Positions 9,109-18,388 of a DNA stretch of 64,000 nt are shown in pieces; the first letter of the stretch is position 1, and every line of letters begins with the position of its first letter. Source of the stretch: an uncultured Verrucomicrobiae bacterium. GTDB taxonomy: Bacteria > Verrucomicrobiota > Verrucomicrobiia > Chthoniobacterales > JAFAMB01. The stretch lies in assembly GCA_963762565.1 (NCBI GenBank), contig CAVXLD010000001.1, positions 736,001 to 800,000 on the forward strand, in the 5' to 3' direction. The notes under the pieces are model-generated. The model was given only the letters and a program-made list of their open reading frames with translations, searched no databases and was not told the origin of the DNA. The position numbers and the translations under genes were made by a program.

Positions 9109-12100
9109 ATGAACTTGTCGTTGCTTCCCAAATTGGTGTTTCCCATTGTCGTGGTCATTACTGGTTCGTTCGCGCCAGTCTCAGAGGCGCTGGACAAATC
9201 AGTTGCCGACGAAAAGTCGTATCCGCAGAACGATCAGAGCCTGTATTCCAGTCTTAAGTGGCGATTGGTCGGTCCCTTCAGGGGAGGTCGGGCGTTGGCG
9301 GTAACCGGCGTTGCCGGCGAGCCTAACCTCTTTTATTTCGGAGCGGTCGCCGGTGGTATTTGGAAGACAGTGGATGGCGGCCAAAACTGGGCGCCCCTTT
9401 TTCAAAATGAGCCAGTCTCATCGATTGGCGCTTTGGCGGTCGCACCCGCGGATCATAACGTGATTTATGCCGGCACGGGCGAGGCGGCGATTCGGGGAGA
9501 TATTACTTTTGGAGATGGCATCTACAAATCGGTCGATGCCGGTAAACACTGGAAGAATGTCGGGTTAACCGATAGTCAGTACATTGGAGCGTTGGTGGTT
9601 CATCCTACGAATCCCGACATCGTGTTTGTCGCCGCTTTGGGACATGCTTTCGGCCCCAATTCGCAGCGTGGCATCTTCAAGACAGCCGACGGAGGACGCA
9701 CCTGGCGAAATGTTTTGTTCAAGGACGACAATACCGGTGGGATCGACGTCGTCTTCGATCCACATAACTCGAACATCCTTTTTGCCGCCCTCTGGCAGGC
9801 GCGCCGGCAACCCTGGTATTTCTCTAGTGGCGGACCCGGAAGCGGATTATACCGATCGATCGATGGCGGCGATAGCTGGCAACGCCTCGAAGGAAACGGG
9901 CTGCCGGACGGGATTCTGGGAAGGATTGGAGTTTCCGTGTCGGGGGCCGATTCGAATCGGATTTATGCGTTAATTGAAGCCCAAGCGGGGGGCCTTTATC
10001 GCTCGGACGATGGCGGGGATCATTGGAGCCGAGTCAATGAAGATGGCCGTTTTCGGCAACGCGCTTGGTATTTTAGTAAAATTTACGCTGACCCTAGATC
10101 AGTCGACACCGTCTACGTGCTCAACACTGGTTTATATCGCTCCGAGGATGGCGGGCGCACGTTTACCTTATTGCCTGCACCGCATGGCGATCACCATGGC
10201 CTGTGGATCGATCCGGAGAATCCCCAACGGCTTATTAATGCGAATGACGGTGGAGCTACCGTTTCCACTGACGGAGGTAAGACCTGGACTACCCTCCATA
10301 ATCAACCGACGGCCCAGTTCTATCATGTTGCTACGGATAACGCTTTCCCTTACCGCATCTACGGAGCACAACAGGACAATTCAAATATCGCGATCGCGAG
10401 CGCCGGCAGTGAAGGCGTTATTGGGCGCGAGGACTGGTATCCTGCCGGCGGCGGTGAATGCGGCTTCGTCGTCCCCGATCCACGTGATCCCAATATCATC
10501 TACTCTAACAATGAGGGCTACATCACTCGATACGACAAGCGGACCGGCCAGTCTCAGGACGTGTCTGTTTGGCCGGTAGATGTTTCCGGTCATGGCGCCA
10601 GCGACCTAAAGCACCGATTCCAATGGGTTTCACCATTGTTCATCTCGCCGCACAATTCTGATACTCTCTATACCTCTGCGGAGTGTGTGTTTAAGTCCAC
10701 GGACGGAGGTAAGACCTGGCAGGCGATTAGCCCCGACCTTACCCGCAACGATCGGAGTAAACAACAACCCAGCGGCGGTCCAATCACCCGGGACATTACT
10801 AGTGTCGAGTACTACGATACGATTTTTGCGTTGGCCGAATCGCCAAAACAAAAGGGCCTACTGTGGGCGGGAACCGATGACGGACTAATTCACCTCACGA
10901 CAGATGACGGCAAGACCTGGAATGATGTGACGCCTCCGGAGCTTCCGGAATGGAGCACCGTCAGTTTAATCGAGCCTTCACCGCACGACGCCGGCACTGC
11001 TTACGTGGCGGTGGATCGGCATCGACTCGATGACTTGCGACCGTTGATCCTGGCAACCCATGACTATGGTAAGACGTGGAGTGTAATCGTCTCCGGGATC
11101 TCCAACACTGCTTATGTTCACGCGGTACGCGAGGATCCGATTCGTCCCGGACTGCTTTATGCCGGAACTGAAACCGGTGTCTATTTCTCGCTGGATGACG
11201 GCAATCATTGGCAATCGCTGCAGTTAAATCTGCCGACTTCCCCGATCCACGATCTGGTGGTAAAAGACAACGACTTGGTGGTAGCGACACATGGGCGTTC
11301 GTTTTGGGTGCTTGATGACCTCACCCCGCTACGGCAACTGGATCCCAAATCAACAGCCGCGATGGTTCTATACCAACCCGAACCCGCGGTTCGTCTACAC
11401 TATCCGGACGAAATCGGCAGACACGAACCTGCCGGCGACAACCCGCCTAGTGGGGCGATAATCGACTATTATCTCAAACAGAAACCAACCGACGAAGTGA
11501 TTCTGGAGATCTGGGATAAGAACAATAATCTGGTGCGCCGCATCTCCAGTCGAGCAGAACCAGAGGCAGAGGCCGAACAGCCCGAAGAATGGCCGGACCG
11601 AGTGCCTGAAGCCAAGACTATTCCGGCTGAGGCTGGAATGAACCGTTACGTTTGGAACTTGCGTTATCAAGATCCGGAGCAAATTCCGGGAGCATTTTAC
11701 TCGGACGATGGACCGAGAGGTCCAGTAGTTGCCCCTGGCGATTATCAGGTGCGACTGACGCTGGGCGCGATACGGCAAACGGCCGTCTTGCACGTCATCG
11801 CTGATCCACGACAAGCCGTTCCGGAAGACGCCTTCACAAAACAGCTCGCCCTTCAGCTGGAGGTGCGCGATCGCGTTTCGCAGCTACACCGAACAGTAAA
11901 CGAAATCCGCGACCTCAAGTCACAAATCGACAGTTTGCACCACCGATTCGCCAACAACCAAGAAATGCATCAGGCGTTAGGTGTAACCAAAAATCTGAAG
12001 GAAAAAATCTCAGGGGTCGAAGAACAGCTCATTCAAGTGAATATGAAAGGGTCAGAAGCGAATTTGGCTTTCCCTAATATGCTGAACGAAGAGTTTGATA

Positions 12101-12315
12101 CGTTCAGTCATACTATTGACCAGGCCGATGCTGAGCCAACTGCAGCCGAGTATAACGTCTTTCGAATGTTGAGCGACAAACTAGACGGACAGTTAGCAAC
12201 CTGGGCCAATATTCAAAAAAACGACCTGCCAACTGTAAATAACCTGGTGCTAGCAAGTCACATCCCCGTACTCACTGTGCAAGACGGGGAAAGTGAAAAA
12301 GCCGGCGGGAAGTGA
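9109..12315 (+). CDS. Secreted BNR/Asp-box repeat (VPS10/sortilin-like) glycosyl hydrolase-like protein
   Basis: Signal peptide, LKWRLVGPFRGGR start, many S/T-x-D-G-G-x-T/S-W Asp boxes, HGDHHGLWIDP, LVVATHGRSFW. Confidence 0.9.
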   Translation: MNLSLLPKLVFPIVVVITGSFAPVSEALDKSVADEKSYPQNDQSLYSSLKWRLVGPFRGGRALAVTGVAGEPNLFYFGAVAGGIWKTVDGGQNWAPLFQNEPVSSIGALAVAPADHNVIYAGTGEAAIRGDITFGDGIYKSVDAGKHWKNVGLTDSQYIGALVVHPTNPDIVFVAALGHAFGPNSQRGIFKTADGGRTWRNVLFKDDNTGGIDVVFDPHNSNILFAALWQARRQPWYFSSGGPGSGLYRSIDGGDSWQRLEGNGLPDGILGRIGVSVSGADSNRIYALIEAQAGGLYRSDDGGDHWSRVNEDGRFRQRAWYFSKIYADPRSVDTVYVLNTGLYRSEDGGRTFTLLPAPHGDHHGLWIDPENPQRLINANDGGATVSTDGGKTWTTLHNQPTAQFYHVATDNAFPYRIYGAQQDNSNIAIASAGSEGVIGREDWYPAGGGECGFVVPDPRDPNIIYSNNEGYITRYDKRTGQSQDVSVWPVDVSGHGASDLKHRFQWVSPLFISPHNSDTLYTSAECVFKSTDGGKTWQAISPDLTRNDRSKQQPSGGPITRDITSVEYYDTIFALAESPKQKGLLWAGTDDGLIHLTTDDGKTWNDVTPPELPEWSTVSLIEPSPHDAGTAYVAVDRHRLDDLRPLILATHDYGKTWSVIVSGISNTAYVHAVREDPIRPGLLYAGTETGVYFSLDDGNHWQSLQLNLPTSPIHDLVVKDNDLVVATHGRSFWVLDDLTPLRQLDPKSTAAMVLYQPEPAVRLHYPDEIGRHEPAGDNPPSGAIIDYYLKQKPTDEVILEIWDKNNNLVRRISSRAEPEAEAEQPEEWPDRVPEAKTIPAEAGMNRYVWNLRYQDPEQIPGAFYSDDGPRGPVVAPGDYQVRLTLGAIRQTAVLHVIADPRQAVPEDAFTKQLALQLEVRDRVSQLHRTVNEIRDLKSQIDSLHHRFANNQEMHQALGVTKNLKEKISGVEEQLIQVNMKGSEANLAFPNMLNEEFDTFSHTIDQADAEPTAAEYNVFRMLSDKLDGQLATWANIQKNDLPTVNNLVLASHIPVLTVQDGESEKAGGK

Positions 12316-12398
12316 GGTGGTGGTAAATGCTGGGGAGCCGTCAGCGGCTCGGCCAGAGGATGCAGGTGAAAGCTTATTGGAAGAATGGGACAACTCCG

Positions 12399-12974
12399 AT
12401 GCCGATAATCCCTTCATTTTTGACCCACTACTACGAAGAGGAAAGAGGGCCCTTTAGAAATGTCTGCGATCTTTCCGATCAAGAGCTAGATCGCCTTATT
12501 TCTGCGGAGCAAGACGCGCACACCGCTTTCAACCGTTTCGCTTTAGGAAAGGATTTCTTCAAAGTCAGGAAAGCGGCTGACGATTTACTGATTGAAAAGT
12601 ACGCTGAGAAATTTGGGCTTAGGCCCCGAAACCGCCCTTTCTACGGAGTGTTGGGCGAGTTTGATCGGACTCTGTCAATGTATCGTAACGGTCGAAGAAT
12701 CCGGCTTGAGATTTCTCAATTTTCCCGAAAACAGCTAACATTCATGTATCCGGACCACTTTGTTCTGGTCTGGAGCCGAGGATTGTTTCCGCCGCTGCCG
12801 GCATTGTTTGGCCCGTACGCCTATTCATACGAACCTTTTCATGACTGTTTGTTTACCTACGACGAGCTGCCGGAGGCTATTCTTACTTATTCTCTCGATG
12901 CTCGGATTGCTAATGCCAGGCAACAGGACTTATGGGTGTCTTCTTATATCGAGGCGCATATCTGGCAGGGATAA
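12399..12974 (+). CDS. Hypothetical protein
   Basis: Protein-like ORF (THYYEEERGPF...TFMYPD...YIEAHIW). Start uncertain (12327/12360/12399). Confidence 0.7.
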   Translation: MPIIPSFLTHYYEEERGPFRNVCDLSDQELDRLISAEQDAHTAFNRFALGKDFFKVRKAADDLLIEKYAEKFGLRPRNRPFYGVLGEFDRTLSMYRNGRRIRLEISQFSRKQLTFMYPDHFVLVWSRGLFPPLPALFGPYAYSYEPFHDCLFTYDELPEAILTYSLDARIANARQQDLWVSSYIEAHIWQG

Positions 12975-13022
12975 GGCACGCGTTGGGCAGCGCCGAGAGT
13001 CTAATAGACGGGAGGCGACATC

Positions 13023-13102
13023 AGCGGACGTAGTGGACTAAGTGGTTGTTTGCAGCTTGTCCACTAGGTCCACTGTGTCCACTCCGGTCCACTCCGTCCA
13101 CT
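13023..13102. repeat. Inverted short-tandem-repeat cassette (AGTGGAC / GTCCACT units)
   Basis: Three AGT/CGG(AC) units followed by five GTCCACT units, between convergent stop codons. Confidence 0.75.
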
Positions 13103-13127
13103 AACCGTGTCCCCCTTCGCCCCGGTA

Positions 13128-14633
13128 TCAGTCCGGAATCAGATGCAGCTTCTGCAGCTCTTGTTTGCTCGGCAGCTGCGAACTATCCCAACCACCACCC
13201 AGAGCTTGGACTAAAGCGACGCTCGCGATCAGGCGTTGTTCCTGGACCTGAAGCGCAGTCTCCTGATCCGTCAGGAGTGTTACCTGAGCGGTGATCACTG
13301 TCGTGTAGGCAATAGTCCCGGCTTGATACTCATTCAATGAGATCTGGACCGCCTGCTGCGCTTTCTGCACAGCATCTCGTTCTACGCCGATCTGCTGTCC
13401 CAATACCCGCAAAGCGACCAATTCATCTTCGACATTTTGGAAGGCGGCAAGAACGGTCTCTCGATAGTTAGCCACACTTTGGTCATACGCTGCCCGAGCC
13501 GCAGCGACCGCGGCGGAACGCTGCCCACCGGTGAGCACGCTTTGACTCGCACTGGCCATGAGTGTCCAAACCTCGCTCGAGGCAGAGAACAAAGCCGCGC
13601 CTGGGTTACCCGCATATCCAAATACAGCCGACAGGTCAAAGGTAGGAAAATAGGCAGCGACCTGTACTCCAATCAGCGCATTCTCTGACTTCATTTGACG
13701 TTCGGCCTCGGCAATATCCGGTCTTCGCTCAAGCAAAATCGAAGGAACACGTGTAGGCACAATCGGAACCCGCTCCGCCAATGAACCCGCCGGAATCGAC
13801 ACCTCGGCTGGCGGTTTTCCGATCAGCAGAGCAATAGCATGTTCGTCTTGGCCGCGTTGGACTCCGACATTAACCAATGCCGCTTGAGCGGCCAGAAGCT
13901 GGGCCTGAGCATTAATCACATCGGACTTCGCGGCTGTGCCCACCGCATACTGGTTTTCGGTTATCTTCAGTGAACGCTCGTAGCCGGCAACAGTATCGGC
14001 CAGCAATTGCTTAAGAGCGTCAGCGTAGCGCAACTCAAAGTAGTCGGTAGCAAGTGTGGCTTGAGCAGACAGCTTAGCTGCTGCCAATTCCGCTGCGCTT
14101 ACTTGGGCGCTCGCCACGCTGCTTTCAACGGTCCGGCGAATCTTACCCCATACGTCTGGTTCCCACGTCGCCGTGCCTTCTAAAGAATAAGAGGTAACGG
14201 CCCCGCTATTGAATCCGTTCGAGCCTCCGGATTTCTGCCGTTCAACTTGAGGTGACACGCTCACGGAAGGGAAAAAACTGGACTGCTGTTCATGCACCGT
14301 GGCCTGCGCTTCCTGATACGCGGCTTCCGCTGCCTTAACATTCTGGTTTGAGATATTAACCTGGCTTTCGAGCGCTTCGAGCGTTGGGTCCCGGTAAATC
14401 GACCACCAGGCGCCCCGGTTCATTGTGTCATTAGGCGTGGCTACTTTCCAGCCCTGGTACTCCTTATATGTGCTTGGGACGGGGGCTGAAAGGCGATGAT
14501 AATTTGGGCCGACCGAGCATGATAACATTGCAATGGAGAACGCGGCGAGGAACACCTGACGAAACGGCGAAAGGGCGAAAGGGCGAAACGGCGAAACAGC
14601 CCGTTGTGGGTAGGGATTGCGTAGATGATCCAT
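13128..14633 (-). CDS. RND efflux outer-membrane factor, NodT/OprM-type lipoprotein
   Basis: Lipobox-like MLSC followed by SVGPNY, WWSIY.DP.L, WEPDVWGKIRR, LLERRPDIAEAER, LVQALGGGW. The 5' end is interrupted by a repeat cassette (see findings). Confidence 0.93.
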   Translation of the reverse strand: MDHLRNPYPQRAVSPFRPFALSPFRQVFLAAFSIAMLSCSVGPNYHRLSAPVPSTYKEYQGWKVATPNDTMNRGAWWSIYRDPTLEALESQVNISNQNVKAAEAAYQEAQATVHEQQSSFFPSVSVSPQVERQKSGGSNGFNSGAVTSYSLEGTATWEPDVWGKIRRTVESSVASAQVSAAELAAAKLSAQATLATDYFELRYADALKQLLADTVAGYERSLKITENQYAVGTAAKSDVINAQAQLLAAQAALVNVGVQRGQDEHAIALLIGKPPAEVSIPAGSLAERVPIVPTRVPSILLERRPDIAEAERQMKSENALIGVQVAAYFPTFDLSAVFGYAGNPGAALFSASSEVWTLMASASQSVLTGGQRSAAVAAARAAYDQSVANYRETVLAAFQNVEDELVALRVLGQQIGVERDAVQKAQQAVQISLNEYQAGTIAYTTVITAQVTLLTDQETALQVQEQRLIASVALVQALGGGWDSSQLPSKQELQKLHLIPD

Positions 14634-14766
14634 CAATGTAGTCGTTTAAATTCGGAGCTCAAAATGCTCCTTCGGAGCCGATTCTGGGTTTTCAAGCCTC
14701 GTGACGACCCGAGCTGTCGCCCAAAATAATCGCCGTTTCGCCCATTCGCCCTGTCGCCGTTTCGTC
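14558..14766. mobile_element. 209-bp palindromic insert with 37-bp octamer-repeat arms (GGCGAAAC/GGCGAAAG units)
   Basis: 14558-14594 and 14730-14766 are inverted repeats with 2 mismatches in 37 bp. Mobility is inferred. Confidence 0.7.
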
Positions 14767-14776
14767 GTCTCGCCAT
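14633..14776 (-). CDS. 47-aa ORF spanning most of the insert, overlapping the mdtC stop and the OMF start by TGATG
   Basis: Manual translation MARRRNGDRANGRNGDYFGRQLGSSRGLKTQNRLRRSILSSEFKRLH*. Translation in vivo is unproven. Confidence 0.4.
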   Translation of the reverse strand: MARRRNGDRANGRNGDYFGRQLGSSRGLKTQNRLRRSILSSEFKRLH

Positions 14777-17700
14777 CACGCTAACCGCCGCCGGCTTGCC
14801 GGGTGCCTCAATTTTTCGAACCAGAGACTTAAGCGGTCGAGGTAGAGATAAATCACCGGCGTCGTATAAAGTGTCAGGATCTGGCTAATAACCAAACCAC
14901 CAATGATTGATACCCCTAAAGGCCGTCGGAGCTCCGAGCCGTAGCCGCTCGCGATCACTAGCGGAAACGCGCCCAGGATCGCAGCGAAAGTTGTCATCAT
15001 GATGGGACGAAATCGCACCAGACTCGCTTTGAAGATCGCATCGTGCGAGCTGAGAAGTTCTTCCCGTTCGGCCTGAAGCGCAAAATCAACCATCAATATT
15101 GCGTTCTTTTTAACGATCCCGATTAACAAGATCATGCCCAGCATCGCAATGATGCTGAACTCCATATTGAATAGGATCAAGGCGATCAACGCTCCTAACG
15201 TTGCTGACGGCAGCGTTGAGAGAATCGTAATCGGATGGATGTAACTCTCATAAAGAACGCCGAGAATTACATAAACTGCGGCTAACGCCGCCAGGATGAG
15301 AATCGGTTCGTCTTTAAGAGAAGACTGGAACGCGTTGGCAGTCCCAGCAAAGGTTCCGTGAATAGAGACAGGCATATGAATCTGGCCAATCGTCTCCTGA
15401 ATCGCGGCTACGGCATCGCTCAGGGAATAACCAGGGGCCAGATTGAATGAGATCGTCGACGCCACAAAAAGGCTCTGATGGTTCACTGAAAGAGGTGCAT
15501 GATCGAACTCATAATGACTAAACGCCGCCAGCAGGACCATTGGTTCTACCTCAGTCGTTACAGCAGCCCCACTGGAAGCGCTGGATTTTCCCGCTACCGC
15601 CAATGCATTCGTTGCCTGATTCACCGCCGAGCTGGTGCTGCGTGAGGTGCTGGCGCCATTGTTAGAGCTGGTAGCAGAGTTCGTCCCACTGGAGAAGGTG
15701 CCTGTTACTGCGTTAGTTGACTCGGTGCCGGCAGCAGTTTGACCCTGCGTACTAACATAGAGTTTTTTTAACGTATCAGGATCCTGCCAATACTGCGGTG
15801 CTACCTCCATAACCACGGAATACTGGTTCATGGCATTATAAATGGTAGAAACCTGGCGCTCCCCAAACGCGTCGTACAACGTGTTATCGACGGTGCTGGG
15901 AAACAATCCGAAGCGTCGCATGGTCAGCCGATCAATCTTCAAATCGGCTTGTAATCCGTTTTGTTGTTGATCGGAATTGAGATCGGTTAATTCGGGACGC
16001 TCTCTGAGCGCGGCGAGCAGCTTGGGGCCCCAGGCCAGTAGTTCACTCGTGTCATCGGCTTGCAGGGTATACTGATATTCTGACAGGCTTATCCGGCCGC
16101 CGACGCGAATATCTTGCATTGGGAAGAGAAAAAGGCGGGCGCCTGAAACCTGAACCAGTTTCGCGCGCAGGCGAGCTGCGACAATCCCAACTGAATCTCG
16201 CTCTGACAGCGATTTCAAGGTCACCCACACATTGCCAGAATTCGTTTGGCGCCCTCCGGTATTGGCCACCACACTCTCAACTGCCGGATCGTGTTGCACG
16301 ATGTCCTGAATTTGTTCCATCTTCTTCTTCATAAGCTGGAACGAAATCGCTGAGTCCGCCTGAATCCCTCCAAGCAAAGTTCCGGAATCCTGTTCCGGGA
16401 AGAAGTTTTTCGGTACGACGTTGAAGAGATAAAAATTCAGCGCGGTACTGCCGATCAGGATCAGCAGAATCAAAAACGAATGTCTTAACGACCAGCGCAA
16501 AGTTCCTTCGTAGAAACGCAACATGTGGTTGAAGCCCGCTTCGCTGACCCGGGATAACCATTTTGTCCACCCTGCTCGGCGGCTCGCCTCCGCAGCACCG
16601 GCGCGACGGGTCCTTCGCAGGAGTTTTGAACACATCATCGGTGTGGCCGTGAGTGAGAGCACGAGCGAGATCATGACGGCAACCGAAAGCGTAATGGTGA
16701 ACTCGCGAAAAAATCGACCGATAATTCCGCCCATCAAAAGGATCGGTAAAAAGACTCCGATTAGTGACAGACTGATAGAGAAAACAGTAAAGGCGACTTC
16801 CTTGGTTCCGATCAAGGCAGCCTGCAAGCGAGACCGGCCCAGTTCAATTTGCCGCGAAATATTTTCGAGAACGACTACGGCATCATCCACCACAAACCCG
16901 GTCGCTATGGTCAACGCCATCAACGAAAGATTGTTTAAGGAATAACCGAGGAGATACATGGCGGAGAACGTCCCGATAATCGAGATCGGCACCATCACGC
17001 CCGGGATTAGCATCGCCCGGAAGTCTCGCAAAAATACCAGCACAACTAAAATGACTAGCACGACCGCAACTACCAGCGTCTGCTCGGTATCCGCCAGGGA
17101 GGTGCGAATCGTCGCGGTTCGATCGCCGGTGATGATCATGTCGGTACCACCAGGCAGCGAACCCTTTAAGAAAGGCAGGATCGCTTTGATGCGGTCCACG
17201 GTCTGGATTACGTTCGCACCGGGTTGCTTATAAACAACTAACGTTACGGCGGGCTTGCCGTTGATCGAGCCGGCATAACGCAAGCTCTGCACGGAGTCGT
17301 TCACCTCCGCAATATCGGATAACAAGGTCGCCCGGCCGCTACGATAGGCCACAACCAAATCCCGATAATCCGCAGCGTGCGTCGCCTGGTCGTTCGTATA
17401 AACTTGAAACTGGTTGTCCCCGACGTCGATCGCACCTTTCGGGCTATTCGCGTTAGCAGCGGCCAAAGCCGCTCGCACATCTTCCAGCCCGATGCCGTAA
17501 TGCGAGAGCGCATTCGGGTTCAATTCTACTCTAACGGCCGGCAGTGAGCTGCCACCCACGTCGACATTTCCTACCCCTTCGATTTGGGATAATTTCTGTT
17601 GGAGTACGGTCGCTGCGGTGTCGTAAAGCTGACCGGCGGTGCGAGTGGCAGAAGTTAAAGCCACTAACAGAATAGGTGCGTCCGATGGATTATATTTTCG

Positions 17701-18087
17701 ATAGGTTGGGTTACTCCTCAAGTTCGAGGGCAAATCCGCGCGAGCTGCATTGATAGCCGCCTCCACGTCTCGAGCCGCGCCATCGATATCCCGATCAAGC
17801 GAGAACTGTAAGATAATCATTGTCTGACCCAGCGAGCTCCGAGACGTCATCTCGGTGACATCGGCAATAAAACCGAGATGGCGCTCGAGCGGCGCTGCCA
17901 CCGTAGCCGCCATCACATCCGGGCTGGCTCCCGACATGGACGCTTGGATCATCAAGGTCGGAAAATCGACCTGCGGCAGAGGCGCCACCGGTAGAAGCAG
18001 AAGAGCGAGGACTCCCGCAAAAGCGACCCCGACTGTGAGCAGGGTTGTGGCGACCGGTCGTCGAATGAAGATCTCGCTGAAGTTCAT
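14776..18087 (-). CDS. mdtC: RND multidrug efflux permease MdtC-like
   Basis: [52 protein letters not shown]. Second of a tandem RND pair. Confidence 0.9.
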   Translation of the reverse strand: MNFSEIFIRRPVATTLLTVGVAFAGVLALLLLPVAPLPQVDFPTLMIQASMSGASPDVMAATVAAPLERHLGFIADVTEMTSRSSLGQTMIILQFSLDRDIDGAARDVEAAINAARADLPSNLRSNPTYRKYNPSDAPILLVALTSATRTAGQLYDTAATVLQQKLSQIEGVGNVDVGGSSLPAVRVELNPNALSHYGIGLEDVRAALAAANANSPKGAIDVGDNQFQVYTNDQATHAADYRDLVVAYRSGRATLLSDIAEVNDSVQSLRYAGSINGKPAVTLVVYKQPGANVIQTVDRIKAILPFLKGSLPGGTDMIITGDRTATIRTSLADTEQTLVVAVVLVILVVLVFLRDFRAMLIPGVMVPISIIGTFSAMYLLGYSLNNLSLMALTIATGFVVDDAVVVLENISRQIELGRSRLQAALIGTKEVAFTVFSISLSLIGVFLPILLMGGIIGRFFREFTITLSVAVMISLVLSLTATPMMCSKLLRRTRRAGAAEASRRAGWTKWLSRVSEAGFNHMLRFYEGTLRWSLRHSFLILLILIGSTALNFYLFNVVPKNFFPEQDSGTLLGGIQADSAISFQLMKKKMEQIQDIVQHDPAVESVVANTGGRQTNSGNVWVTLKSLSERDSVGIVAARLRAKLVQVSGARLFLFPMQDIRVGGRISLSEYQYTLQADDTSELLAWGPKLLAALRERPELTDLNSDQQQNGLQADLKIDRLTMRRFGLFPSTVDNTLYDAFGERQVSTIYNAMNQYSVVMEVAPQYWQDPDTLKKLYVSTQGQTAAGTESTNAVTGTFSSGTNSATSSNNGASTSRSTSSAVNQATNALAVAGKSSASSGAAVTTEVEPMVLLAAFSHYEFDHAPLSVNHQSLFVASTISFNLAPGYSLSDAVAAIQETIGQIHMPVSIHGTFAGTANAFQSSLKDEPILILAALAAVYVILGVLYESYIHPITILSTLPSATLGALIALILFNMEFSIIAMLGMILLIGIVKKNAILMVDFALQAEREELLSSHDAIFKASLVRFRPIMMTTFAAILGAFPLVIASGYGSELRRPLGVSIIGGLVISQILTLYTTPVIYLYLDRLSLWFEKLRHPASRRRLA

Positions 18088-18388
18088 CCGCAGATTAAAA
18101 GGCAGAGTTTGTAATCCGCAGATTGACGAAACCCGGAGTTAATATCCGCAGATTTCGCAGATTACGCAGATTACGGTTTGAGGTTGTGCAGTGCGGTCGG
18201 GCAAAGAAACCTGCATTGGCGGGACGAGGGTTCTGATATTCGAGAGGCGTACCGGAGCCCCGGTAGTTCCTGCAAATGTCAAAACGCGCATCCCTCCAAT
18301 ACACCTTCCTTTGTCCTATCGTGGTCCACGACCCCAAACCGAAATCTGCGTAATCTGCGGATATTTCCATCTTCGGTGTAATCTGCGG
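18088..18388. mobile_element. 301-bp insert bounded by a perfect 10-bp IR CCGCAGATTA/TAATCTGCGG with internal CGCAGATT tandem units
   Basis: Fills the whole gap between the mdtB stop and the mdtC start. A second nested IR (ATATCCGCAGATT / AATCTGCGGATAT) lies inside. Confidence 0.7.

Noticed and set aside
15550..15760. Ser/Thr/Ala-rich insertion in MdtC as an intein or mobile insert
   Set aside because: No intein terminal residues and no IRs. It looks like a low-complexity periplasmic loop.
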